From: Eledone cirrhosa
Lineage: Eukaryota
DNA length: 64,000 bases
Reading direction: 5' to 3'
NCBI GenBank assembly: GCA_964016885.1
Contig: OZ024762.1
Span: 11,780,001-11,844,000, forward strand
Below, in pieces: positions 52,171-64,000 of this stretch. A model generated the notes under the pieces. It did not search any database. It was not told where the DNA came from and saw only the letters and a list, made by a program, of their open reading frames with translations. The translations under genes were made by a program, and so were the position numbers. The stretch's first letter is position 1. Each line of letters begins with the position of its first letter.

Positions 52171-53652
52171 TCATATTTTCAAATTCTTATATATAAAATC
52201 ATCCCCCCCCCGCATCAGTCAAACTTGAGTTGTCTCCCTTATAAATATATAAACATACAAACCAACATATTATCTTGGTTATCTATGTTATCCACAAAGA
52301 AGTTTGTAATAAAATAATTATTAAACTAAAATACAATTAGCTGTCATTTCAGACAACAAGGGGCCAGCTGGTAATAATAATTGTTTCTGCTTTTGGCACA
52401 AGGCCAGCAATTACCCCCAGTGTATTACTAGTACTTTATTTTATCGACCCTGTAAGGATAGAAGAGCAATGTTACCTGTAAGCAAAGTTTTCCGCTTGCT
52501 TCCTTGTACCAATCAACTGGACAATGGCATAGAACATCTGCAAACCATCTATCTTCTCCTGTTTCTCTAGCACCAGCATGAAATTGTGGCCAAAACATGA
52601 CTGCATCATAACCCAGTCGACTGCTCCAGGTAGATTAATATCAGTGGCCAAAAACACAATATCTTCACCTGACAACAACAAAAGAAAAGAGAAAAAGAAA
52701 AAGGAAACATATTTTTAAAATTCTTCATCTATCAGTGAGGTTGTTGTTCTACATCAATAAGATAGCTAGTGCCAGTAAATAATAACCCTTTAACCCTTTA
52801 GCATTTAAACCAGCCACCTCTTTCTGTTTAAACTGGCTGTAACTGGACACTCATAATGTTAAGCTATTGTTCTCAAAATAAATACCATCAAAATCTCGAA
52901 GATTCAATGTTATGTGAGATAATTATGTGAGGTAAAGCCTTTACTGTGAAAATACAATAGTATATATAGAGTAATGTAAATGTTATGTGAGGTAAAGCCT
53001 TTACTGTGAAAATACAATAGTATATATAGAGTAATGTAAATGTTATGTGAGATATTATGTGAGGTAAAGCCTTTACTGTGAAAATACAATAGTATATAAA
53101 GAGTAATGTAAATGTTATGTGAGTTATGACCTGTTGGAAAAGAGTTCATAACTTTGAAGTTATGAACTGTTGGAAACTAGTAACCCCATCTAGCTTTGAA
53201 GTTATGAATGTTGCAACGGAGTTCAAACATGTTAGGATGAGTTATCTCGCCTGTGGCACTGAAGAGGTTAAGAGAAATAAATTGGATTGTAAAGAAAAGA
53301 AACAAAGACTGGTTTTTACCTTGCAGTGTGGTTATGCTTTTGTGAGATTGAACCAAGTGTGACATAACTTGCTCTAGAGAGCCTTGCCACTTACAGGATG
53401 CACCAGGACAGGGGCAACAGTAGGGCCTGTCAAACAGACGACAACATTAGCAACAATAAACATATATCATACATCACAGCAGTAATTAATGGACATATGT
53501 GTATGTATGTTTGTATACATACACACACAAATATATATATTTAGGGATTGTGTGTGTGTATATATATATATAATAAAGAGACAAACATAGACATATATAT
53601 ATATATATATGCGTTCAAATCACAAGGGACGTTAAACCGCCAGCGTGCAGTA

Positions 53653-53738
<86 letters not shown>

Positions 53739-56700
53739 ACAAGGTAAACAGAAATAACAAAAACAAACAGTACAGTATTAGTTTAACGCTTGAAATAGCA
53801 GGAAGGGGGTTTTAACGTTTCAGATGGTAGTCCTTCATCAGAAGAAAGAATGAGAAATTAGAAAAATTGAGGGGGACAGGCCGGGCGGAATTGGAAAAAT
53901 GTTTTTTTATAGAAAAAAATTAGAAAACTCATCGCTAGAACAGCCATTAAAACAGCTAAATGTTGTCAACGACAGCGATGGGCAAAAGTGCTTAAATCGT
54001 GCGAAACCATTTTGCTGGTTTGGGAGCTGATGATGGTGAAGTTGTGCGTGTAAACTTGTCTTGTACATCACCTTTCTTTATTTCCTTCTTCCAGTCACTT
54101 CTGTACACCAACACACTTCTCCTTGTCCTTCCTCTCTCTCAATCTTTTCTATATTTCATCTACCTGTCACTCACCTTGTAGATTGTCTCTGTGTTGACCA
54201 CTGGTCACTGGTCACTGGTCTCTGTCTTTTGTGTGTGTGTGTGTGTACATATATATACAGGCACATTGTATATAAGTACGTATGTATGTGAGAGAGAGAG
54301 AGACAGGGATATGAGAGAGAGAGAGAGATGAGAAAGAGAGAGAAAGAGAGCTGAGAGAGAAAGATATAGAGAGAGATAAGAGACTGAGAAATGAGAAAGA
54401 TAGAGATGAGAGAGAACAAGAAATAGAGAGAGAAAATGAGAGAGAAAGAGAGAGATAGAGAGAGAGAGATGAGAGAGAAGAATAAAAAGACCAAAAGGTA
54501 AGTCTTATATTACCTGCATTCACAGGTTTCTTCATGTTCAGACTTCTCAGTGTGTAATAAAGTCACTAAACAACCATTAGTAGAATATTTACAAGGGAAC
54601 AGCACTGTCATCGCGACCTTCTCCATCGCTAAATTGCGGATATTTCCTGCAACAACAACAACAACAACAACAAACGTTAACTTTCCATCATATTTTCATT
54701 GTAATCAGTAATCAGAGGAAGGGAGGTAGGTGTAAAAGCCAAACTTTTACACCTCCCTCCAATTATCTTCAATTCGGTATTCGTGCCAACCCTTACCTAT
54801 GGTCATGAATCTTGGGTAATGAGTGAAAGAATACGATCACAAATACAAGCGGCCAAAATGGGGTTCCTCTGAAGGGTCTTTGGAGTAACAATACTCAAAG
54901 TGCATAGCTCAGAGATCAGAGAGTCACTCCAGGTAGAGCTGCTACTTCTCTGAATTGAGAGATCACAGCTCTGATACTATGGACATGTGGTTAGAATGTC
55001 TCAGGAAAGAATCTCTGGACAGATTTTAGGGGCAAAACCAAACAACAGGAGACCCAGGGGTAGACCCCGAGCAAGATGGTTGGCTAACATCCATGAGCTC
55101 AGTTGGTCTTGCTTGGGGGGATCCAGCCAGAGAGACAGTTTCTTCTGACAGGACCTGCTGAAGGGAGTGTTGACAGAGAGACAGAGAGAAAGAGATAGAC
55201 AGAGTGTGAGAGAGATAGAGAGAGAGAGATATACTCACCTAATGGTCCTCTACATGTTGGGCACATTGACAGTTTCTGCCTACATGAATGGCACACAATG
55301 TGCCCACTCTGACATTGCATGATGGGAGGGAGTGCATAGTCAAAACAGACTGGACATTCAAACAAGGTGGCCAGATCATTGTTACTGGTTGTTGAAGCTG
55401 AAATAGAGAGACAGATAGAATGACACACTGACTGACCTGCAGCCCTGTCGCTAGGGATAGAGGGGAGGGGGGGGGTCACAGATTGGCCCTTCTCATACAC
55501 CAACATCCCTACTTTTCAGTTGTGCACCTTCAGTGTTTTACTGGTACTTTATTTTATTGACCTGACCCCGTAAGGATGAAAAGCAAAGCTAACCTCGGCA
55601 GGATCTGACCTCAGATCATAAAGGGGAGTAACCCAATGCTATACAGCATGTTATCCAACGCTCTACCAATACCAGTCCAGGCCTGTAGTTAGTCCAGGCT
55701 TGTAGTTAGTACAGGTCTGTAGTTAGTCTAGGCTTGTAGTTAGTCTAGGCTTGTAGTTAGTCTAGGCTTGTAGTTAGTCTAGGCTTGTAGTTAGTCTAGG
55801 CTTGTAGTTAGTCCAGGCTTGTAGTTAGTCCAGGCTTGTAGTTAGTCCAGGCTTGTAGTTAGTCCAGGCTTGTAGTTAGTCCAGGCTTGTAGTTAGTCTA
55901 GGCTTGTAGTTAGTCTAGGCTTGTAGTTAGTCTAGGCTTGTAGTTAGTCTAGGCTTGTAGTTAGTCTAGGTCTGTAGTTAGTCTAGGCCTGTAGTTAGTC
56001 CAGGTCTGTAGTTAGTCCAGGTCTGTAGTTAGTCCAGGTCTGTAGTTAGTCCAGGTCTGTAGTTAGTCCAGGTCTGTAGTTAGTCCAGGTCTGTAGTTAG
56101 TCCAGGTCTGTAGTTAGTCCAGGTCTGTAGTTAGTCCAGGTCTGTAGTTAGTCCAGGTCTGTAGTTAGACCAGGTCTGTAGTTAGTCTAGGTCTGTAGTT
56201 AGTCCAGGTCTGTAGTTAGTCCAGGTCTGTAGTTAGTCTAGGCTTGTAGTTAGTCTAGGCTTGTAGTTAGTCCAGGTCTGTAGTTAGTCCAGGTCTGTAG
56301 TTAGTCCAGGTCTGTAGGACGGCTTTTGGTGCTGGGTAGGAACATTCATGGTTAGATTTGATGAAAGTTCAACATACATGTATGTATGTATGTATGTATG
56401 TATGTATGTATGTATGTATGTATGTATGTATGTATGTATGTATGTATGTATGTATGTATGTATGTATGTATGTATGTATGTATGTATGTATGTATGTATG
56501 TATGTATGTATGTATGTATGTATGTATGTATGTATGTATGTATGTATGTATGTATGTATGTATGTATGTATGTATGTATGTATGTATGTATGTATGTATG
56601 TATGTATGTATGTATGTATGTATGTATGTATGTATGTATGTATGTATGTATGTATGTATGTATGTATGTATGTATGTATGTATGTATGTATGTATGTATG

Positions 56701-57143
56701 TATGTATGTATGTATGTATGTATGTATGTATGTATGTATGTATGTATGTATGTATGTATGTATGTATGTATGTATGTATGTATGTATGTATGTATGTATG
56801 TATGTATGTATGTATGTATGTATGTATGTATGTATGTATGTATGTATGTATGTATGTATGTATGTATGTATGTATGTATGTATGTATGTATGTATGTATG
56901 TATGTATGTATGTATGTCAGTAACAGTGTGTTGTATGTTAAGAAAAAAACCCAGTCCCCTTCCTTCCCCCGTGCCAACCCATAAAAAAGACTTAAAAAGA
57001 TAAAGAAAAACTTACATTTTAAACCCCTGCAGTCCCTGTCAGATTTGTGAGTTGGGATATTCATCATTAGTGTGGACTCTTGGACAGGAACTGTGGTACA
57101 AAATATAGGGTACATTGTCAATCAATAAGACATGGCTGCTTAA

Positions 57144-57193
<50 letters not shown>

Positions 57194-57219
57194 TCGTTTA
57201 ACATCAATCTTCCACGCTA

Positions 57220-57268
<49 letters not shown>

Positions 57269-60253
57269 TCATTGTTTAACGTCTATCTTCCACACTAGGC
57301 ATATACATATACACACACCAACTTTACTATGTTCACATCAAGGCTATAGAACCTCAGCACTATGACAACTTATACATATATCACACACAGGTAAAAATAT
57401 AGGAGAAAGAAGTTGAAAAGACTCCAATTGCAACTTCTTTTCCATATATATATATAGAGAGATATTTATTTCTGAAGACAGCATATATATGTGTAGGTAT
57501 GTATATTCCCTCTGATAGTTTGTAAAATTTTTACATAGATCTATATGATATACATACCAACACACACATATATATCCTAGAAACGATTGTAAAATGATGC
57601 ATTTTTTAATATAAGGAACTTTGTTTTTATTCATTATTTTTATTAATTTATATATATATATGTATATATATATATAAAAAGATGAAATCGAAAATGCAAC
57701 TGGAGTCTTATTTTTAAAAAGATATATATATTTATTTGGTTCCTTTACCGGTTTCGCAGTTCTTCTGCTTTTCAAAAGTAGAGTTGAGATGGAGGGTCTG
57801 TGGTTTTTCTCACATCTCATATATATACATGTATATATATATATATAGATATGATATATGTATAGATATGTATATATATATATATAATTGGATATTTAGT
57901 AAAATCGAATCTCTGGCGATTTGCAAGCAAATTCGGCCTACTTATGAGGTGATGAGTTAGCAAAGCACTCGATAAGTTAGGTCCTTAGAGTAATAACATA
58001 CGTTTAAATAGCTTGACAAATCATATAATATATATACATACATACGTACATACGTACGTATATATAATAACATACGTTTAAATAGCTTGACAAATCTAAC
58101 ATTGTGGTAGGCAAAATCTAACCCACAATAACATACCGAAGTAACGATAGAACTAACAGATATATATATATATAGACTAGAAGTCCAAAATGTTAAGACC
58201 TTCTTCCTGCTATTATTTCTGTTTACCTTTTACACATGTGTATATATATGTGAATGAAATGTAAAATGATATTTAATGGTTTCTATTTCAATTATGTCCT
58301 GTGTCACAAAAAAAGTTGAATGAGTCATGAAAAACTACAGTATTGTCGTGAACAGTTTAGAAGCTCTGTTGTAGTGGTGAACTTTTATAGTCTAGATCAG
58401 TGCTCCACTACCTTTTATAATATATATATATATATACTAGCAGTAAAGCCCGGCGTTGCTCGGGGTCGCTCAGTAGCTGTGTTAAAGTTACAATGTTAAG
58501 TTTCTTTCTTGGCTTAAAAACTGTAGTGTCTACTGTGCAGACTTGCATGTGGTGTTATTGATTAATATTCCCTCAACCAACAATATGCCTTATGAAGTTA
58601 AGAAAACATAACGATAACCCGAATGTTATAACAAAAGAGGATGCTGGGGATAGAAACTGCACTGGTTATTTATTAACAAAGATCGAAAATGTAAACACTG
58701 CAACGCAGAGAAAAACATTAGCGTAACCAAATTATCAGTTATGTCTGTCTGCACGCCTATATCAGCTCTCTGCACGACTGTCTGTCTGCACGCCTATATC
58801 ACCTCTCTGCACGACTGTCTGTCTGCACGCCTATATCACCTCTCTGCACGACTGTCTGTCTGCACACGTATATCACTTAGTGTTCGAACTGATGAATTTT
58901 GCAGGTCAATGTTCGTGTGTTAATGTCATTTTAAACGCTGAGAAAGCCAGCGTAATTTTTTACGTAAGACGCTCAATGTAAACAGAACAAAGGGAAATAA
59001 CTGATAACTTACGCTCAAAAATCGATACATTATATTCGATTTCGCCACATAGGGTGGGTCAATTTGAAATATTTTTTTCCGATGTCTTCGCTAGGGCTCA
59101 ATGTACAAGTATAGCAATTTCGGTGCAATTCCGTCAGAGATTCTAAGAGGAGATGTGTGCCAAAAATCGATAGACAGACAGACAACCACAGTTTTATATA
59201 TATAGATTATATTATCACTGGTCGGTGGTGCCAAAAAGGTATTGGAGCACTGATCTAGACTATAAAAGTTCACCACTACAACTGAGCTTCTAAACTGTTC
59301 ACGACAATACTGTAGTTTTTCATGACTCATTCAACTTTTTTTGTGACACAGGACATAATTGAAATAGAAACCATTAAATATCATTTTACATTTCACATTG
59401 GAGAGTTGTCACATCTCATTCATATATATATCCTGTATACTCTCACACACATACATATGTGTGTGTATATATATATATATATATATACATACATATATAC
59501 ATACATACATACGTACGTACGTATGTATGTATATATGTCAGGTCACCAGTTGGTGCTACTGGTAACATGTATCCCAGTACAACCTGTCCCATGGTCGGGT
59601 CGTTGGCGACTAAACTGGCAACCCCACCAAGTTTTCTTGGTGAGGAGGGTGACTTTGGACATCCTGCAGGACTAAAAACAAAACCTGTCAAAGAGCAAAG
59701 GACCTCTTAAGAGTCAATGGCCATCCAAAATCACTGGGAGAGATGACCCCTTAGCCTTTGTCAAGGCAGAATTCTAGGAGAAGGAAAACTCTGATATAAC
59801 ACCTGCAACCCTGATGGTATCCAATGATGTTGACTTGTTCTTTTTGGTAAATATCATCTTAGTTAAGAGAGTGGGACTGGCTTTGTGCAGTGCCTTTGCT
59901 CACTATAAAAGCTTCACGGCACAGGCATTGCTTTATATCTGGAGATCTCTCTGCACTTATCGTCACATGGTACCATGGGCCTGGCATTATGTGTCAATAA
60001 TTGTCACAAGTGCAGTGTTTGTACCAGAGTTTTCAAGTCGCTGGCTGGACTAAAAAGTCACACTCGTTCAGCGCATCAGTAGGGGTTCTCCTACATGGAT
60101 ATGAAGTAGTGGCCGTACTCGAAAACGAATTGGCAGCCACCATGTATATATATATATATATATACACAGATAGATATATAATAAAACATAAGTTCACCCA
60201 CCTTGTTGGCTGTGTCCTCGGGTTTTTCCCGAATTAGAGGGCTGTCGACTCAT
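50660..60253 (-). CDS. SIAH1: E3 ubiquitin-protein ligase Siah/seven in absentia, six coding exons, 273 aa: join(60253-60202,55397-55239,54646-54514,53426-53320,52668-52476,50837-50660)
   Basis: The spliced product MSRQ...[31 protein letters not shown]...[10 protein letters not shown]...[17 protein letters not shown]...[27 protein letters not shown]...[14 protein letters not shown]...[12 protein letters not shown] closely follows the SIAH1/sina RING, zinc fingers and substrate-binding domain. All introns are GT-AG with consistent phases, and the CDS is 822 nt. Confidence 0.97.
50890..51615 (-). repeat. 76-bp tandem array of a SINE 3' segment (6 copies) running into a SINE body, followed by a second SINE
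   Basis: Unit taataattgtttctacttttggcacaaggccagcaattacccagtacattactggtactttattttattgaccccg. Confidence 0.85.
52476..52668 (-). CDS. SIAH1: Siah coding exon 5 (substrate-binding domain)
   Basis: [38 protein letters not shown]...RKQAENFAY. Confidence 0.96.
53320..53426 (-). CDS. SIAH1: Siah coding exon 4 (zinc finger 2)
   Basis: [35 protein letters not shown], with splice sites tgacag and gtaaaa. Confidence 0.95.
54514..54646 (-). CDS. SIAH1: Siah coding exon 3 (zinc finger 1)
   Basis: [43 protein letters not shown], with splice sites ttgcag and gtaata. Confidence 0.95.
54740..55170 (+). mobile_element. RTE/Expander-like LINE 3' fragment in a Siah intron
   Basis: [35 protein letters not shown]...[12 protein letters not shown]. 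Confidence 0.75.
55239..55397 (-). CDS. SIAH1: Siah coding exon 2 (RING finger)
   Basis: CPVC...[11 protein letters not shown]...CPTC, with splice sites tttcag and gtgagt. Confidence 0.96.
   Translation of the reverse strand, partial: LQQPVTMIWPPCLNVQSVLTMHSLPSCNVRVGTLCAIHVGRNCQCAQHVEDH
55674..56315. repeat. 17-bp minisatellite, about 38 copies
   Basis: Unit agtc(c/t)agg(ct/tc)tgtagtt. Confidence 0.95.
56378..56917. repeat. Perfect (ATGT)n microsatellite, about 135 copies
   Basis: Read directly from the sequence. Confidence 0.98.
58255..59395. repeat. Inverted repeat pair of about 155-160 bp (58255-58416 / 59234-59395) enclosing the Helitron
   Basis: tgaaatgtaaaatgat...gatcagtgctcca is a near-perfect reverse complement of tggagcactgatc...atcattttacatttca. 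Confidence 0.9.
58437..59206 (-). mobile_element. Non-autonomous Helitron
   Basis: On the - strand it reads A|TCtatatatataaaac ... cccgagcaacgccggg hairpin ... CTAG|T. It has (GTCT)n near the 5' end and an internal ~37-bp tandem repeat at 58742-58880. Confidence 0.85.
60202..60253 (-). CDS. SIAH1: Siah coding exon 1 ([17 protein letters not shown])
   Basis: MSRQ start as in SIAH1. Donor ag|gtgggt. The exon acceptor tttcag precedes 60275. Confidence 0.85.
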
Positions 60254-60419
60254 GCTGCTAACATACAGCAATTACCTGAAATCAAAGAACATGGCTTTAG
60301 ATGAGTTTTAAACCTACCATTGGGTTACACATTTCATATTACTGGCAAGTGTACCTACCACCTTCTTCTACCTTCCCCAGCCATGTTGTAACACCCCAAC
60401 CTTCTCCAACACCCCACCA

Positions 60420-60980
60420 ATGTCCTAAAAGGACCCAGTCCACACTGTAAAGTGGTCGTGTAGGTGACATGACAAAAAGCACCCAGCCCACACTGTAAAG
60501 TGGTCATGTAGGTGACATGACAAAAAGGACCCAGTCCACACTGTAAAGTGGTCATGTAGGTGACATGACAGAAAGGACCCAGTCCACACTGTAAAGTGGT
60601 CATGTAGGTTCACAACAAAAAGCACCCAGTCCACACTGTAAAGTGGTCATGTAGATGTCACAACAAAAAAGCACCCAGTATTCACTGTAAAGTGGTCATG
60701 TAGGTGTCACAACAAAAAGCACCCAGTACTCACTGTAAAGTGGTCATGTAGGTGTCACAACAAAAAAGCACCCAGCCCACACTGTAAAGTGGTCATGTAG
60801 GTGTCACAACAAAAAGCACCCAGTACTCACTGTAAAGTGGTCATGTAGGTGTCACAACAAAAAGCACCCAGTACTCACTGTAAAGTGGTCATGTAGGTGT
60901 CACAACAAAAAGCACCCAATCCACACTGTAAAGTGGTCATGTAGGTGTCACAACAAAAAAGCACCCAGTCCACACTGTAA
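60420..60980. repeat. ~48-bp minisatellite, about 11 copies
   Basis: Unit aaaaagcacccagtccacactgtaaagtggtcatgtaggtgtcacaac. Confidence 0.9.
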
Positions 60981-60990
60981 TAATGATAAT

Positions 60991-61181
60991 TGTTTCTACT
61001 TTAGGCACAAGGCCAGCAATTACCCAGTGCATTACTGGTACTTTATTTTATCGACCCCATAAGGATGAAAGGCAAAGTCAACCTCGGCGTGATTTGAACT
61101 CAGATCGTAACGGGACGTAACTATGCTACAAAGCATGGCGTCGGACCCTCTACCGATACTGCCAATCCACCGCCCTTTAAT
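60991..61181 (-). mobile_element. Full-length tRNA-derived SINE with a 19-bp target-site duplication
   Basis: A box tggcagtatcgg and B box gagttcaaatc on the - strand. Direct repeat acactgtaataatgataat at 60972-60990 and 61182-61200. Confidence 0.85.
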
Positions 61182-61567
61182 ACACTGTAATAATGATAAT
61201 GGTGATGACGATGTGCTCTAACTGTTCACCCACATCCCCCACCCCCTGGGCTGGCACTTGAGACAAAGTTAACAATAGTGGAATTTGAACCCAGAGCACA
61301 GAGAACCTGAACCACCACCAAGGTGGCATTTAACCTTTAACACACTAGACATTTTCATGAATTACTTCCCTTGACACTGTGTCATGTATTAAGGGTAGAT
61401 TACTCTTTCGGTGACACAATGAACCCATAGCGTCCTGAAGGCTAACCCAACCGTCTATTGAGGGTAGATTACAACTGTGTAAATCCTAATCCACTTTACT
61501 GAGACGGACAACAACACCTGTAAAACATACCTGAGAATAACGAACTGACAACACCTGTATAACATAC

Positions 61568-61713
61568 CTGAGAATATTGCACAAGATGAACTCTACTTCT
61601 CAGCTGCTGGCACCATTCATGATAAGGTCCTCATTGTTGACTGGCTGTAGTCATAGAAACACAACATTGTCCCCCCGCTAGCTGCTCTCGGGATTGTGTC
61701 AAGACGTCAATTT
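61568..61713 (-). other. Probable non-coding 5' UTR exon of Siah containing short uORFs
   Basis: Unique sequence bounded by acceptor ttttctttcag and donor cag|gtatgt, upstream of the ATG exon. Confidence 0.5.
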
Positions 61714-61791
61714 CTGAAAGAAAAATATTATCAATTATTTTAGTATTTAATAAGTTATTTTTGAAAAATATATTACATAGTGTGGTAGATA

Positions 61792-62476
61792 CCATAGACT
61801 AGATCAAGGCAGTGCCCCAGTATGGCCTCAGTTTGATGACTGAAGCTAGTAAAAGAATATGGTAGACTACATCAAGGTAGTGCCCCAGCATGACTGCAGT
61901 CTCATAACTGAAGCTAGTAAAAGAATATGGTAGACTACATCAAGGTAGTGCCCCAGCAATGCCGCAGTCTCATGACTGAAGTTAGTAAAAGAATATGGTA
62001 GACTATATCAAGGTAGTGCCCCAGCAATGCCACAGTCTCATGACTGAAGCTAGTAAAAGAATATGGTAGACTACATCAAGGTGGTGCCCCAGCAATGCCA
62101 CAGTCTCATGACTGAAGTTAGTAAAAGAATATGGTAGACTATATCAAGGTAGTGCCCCAGCAATGCCACAGTCTCATGACTGAAGCTAGTAAAAGAATAT
62201 GGTAGACTAGATCAAGGCAGTGCCCCAGCAATGCCACAGTCTCATGACTGAAGCTAGTAAAAGAATATGGTAGACTACATCAAGGTAGTGCCCCAGCATG
62301 GCTGCAGTCTCATGACTGAAGCTAGTAAAAGAATATGGTAGACTACATCAAGGTGGTGCCCCAGCAATGCCGCAGTCTCATAACTGAAGCTAGTAAAAGA
62401 ATATGGTAGACTACATCAAGGTGGTGCCCCAGCAATGCCGCAGTCTGATGACTGAAGCTAGTAAAAGAATATGGTA
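61792..62476. repeat. 68-bp minisatellite, about 10 copies
   Basis: Unit tggtagactacatcaaggtagtgccccagcaatgccacagtctcatgactgaagctagtaaaagaata. Confidence 0.9.
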
Positions 62477-62667
62477 TGGTTACTATAGCTGGACGCCATT
62501 TCTAACACCAATAACCTTACAGTGATATATACACACACAGTCTACTTTCTAAGCTGGCATGGACTGGACAAATCAACAGTCAGAGATCAGACTGGTCAAA
62601 GAAACACATCTTTCCATTTTAGGCAAGGTTTCTATAGCTAGATGCCCTTCTAACGGTGGAAAATAAA

Positions 62668-63150
62668 TTTTTAAAATAATTCCTTTAAAAAATCCATTTA
62701 CAGAATTTTTTAAAAAATTGAATTAAATTAAATGAAAAACCAATGTTGTCTCTGATCGAAACGAAGCGAGAGTGTTTTTGAATATAAAAATGAGAAAACT
62801 CTTTGCTAGAACAGCCGTTAAAACAGCTAAATGCTGTCAAAGACAGCGATGGGCAAAAATGCCTCAGGGGACAGAGACCAGCGGTCAGTGGTCAACAGAG
62901 TGGGTGACAGGTAGATGAAATATAGAAATGACTGAAAAGGAAGGACAAGGAGAAGTGTGTTGGTGCACAGAAGTGACTGGAAGAAGGAAATAAAGAAAGG
63001 CGATGTACAAGACAAGTTTACACACATCTTCACCCTCATCAGCCCTCAAACCAGTAAAATGGTTTCGCACGATTTAATTAAAATTATTTTAAATAATTCC
63101 TTCAAAGAATCCATTTACAGAAATTTTTTTTTAAATTGAATTAAATTAAA
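62668..63150. mobile_element. Rearranged interspersed repeat related to 53920-54225 (one part direct, one part inverted), flanked by a ~65-bp direct repeat
   Basis: 62794-62862 matches 53922-53990 directly and 62870-63077 matches 53992-54225 inverted. Direct repeats lie at 62668-62732 and 63087-63150. Confidence 0.6.
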
Positions 63151-64000
63151 TTAAAATTATATAAAAAAAAGACAATATGTTGGTGGGGAGGAATAGGTGC
63201 GTGTGTGGAGGTGTGTATTTAAATGCTGATTACTTAATAAATTACAAGAGAAGTGACATCAGCAAAATATATTTGTATGGTGGGTTACCACATACACAGG
63301 TGACACAACGATGGGGGGGGGTATTTACCTGAATCATCGCACCCACCACTGACCCCCACCCCAGTCACACCCATCACTGACTCCACTCTGCTCCACACCC
63401 ATATTCATCAGCATCACCACAGAACATCTCCTCCCCTCCCCTCCCCCACACACACCACACCACATCACCCCCTCCTAGATACCACACCAGCTCCACCCCA
63501 CCCCACGCTACCCCAGAGGTAAAAGATAGGACAATGATGAATGAATAAGATTTCCGAAGGAGAGGGGGGCATGGTAGGATAGGACAGGGTAGGACAGATG
63601 GAGAAGAGAATAGAGGGGGAGAAAGCAGAGAGAGGGAGAAAGCAGAGAGAGGGTGAGAGGAAGAGAGAGAGAGAGAAAGCAGAGAGGGGGTGAGAGGAAG
63701 AGAGAGAAAGCAGAGAGGAGGTGAGAGGAAGAGAGAGAGAGAAAGCAGAGAAGAGGTGAGAGGAAGAGAGAGAGAAATCAGAGAGAGAGTGAGAGGATGA
63801 GAACAGAGAGAGGGAGAGTGAGAGAGGGTTTGAGGGAGAGAAGAGAAAGAGAGAGAGGGTGAGAGGAAGAGAATAGAGAGGGTGTGATGAGAGAGAGAGA
63901 GAGAGAGAGAGGAGAGAGGGCAATACACACCCAACCCTGATTGTCTTACATTGATGTTATGTTAGGGGTGGGGGGTAGGGGGGAGACAACTCATTTCTCA

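Noticed and set aside
55674-56315. Telomere-like array (contains TTAG)
   Set aside because: The unit is 17 bp, has no TTAGGG or TTAGG periodicity, and lies inside a Siah intron.
56348-57121. ORFs of 190-250 aa
   Set aside because: They are translations of (ATGT)n.

Overview
AT-rich, repeat-dense animal genomic DNA. The tRNA-derived SINE families, mariner/RTE/CR1 fragments and very high microsatellite load suggest an octopus or other coleoid, but this is an inference. The window has three parts. (1) 120-2133 holds the last three coding exons of an unidentified + strand gene, followed by a decayed Ty3/gypsy pol fragment. (2) About 3146-36660 is a ~33.5 kb palindrome with arms of about 16-17 kb. 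It is centred on an older short foldback element that is flanked by mariner-derived 88-bp arrays (about 10 vs 7 copies). The inner ~8 kb of the arms is essentially identical and the outer ~5 kb is visibly more diverged. Each arm carries a nested inverted repeat, perfect local hairpins, an internally deleted CR1-type LINE and a 2.5-2.8 kb alternating purine/pyrimidine microsatellite. (3) 50660-61713 on the - strand is a complete Siah/sina E3 ubiquitin ligase gene with six coding exons (273 aa). Its introns contain SINEs, minisatellites, a Helitron nested inside a foldback element, and degenerate Penelope-type hammerhead motifs. Most entries in the ORF track are microsatellite artefacts.
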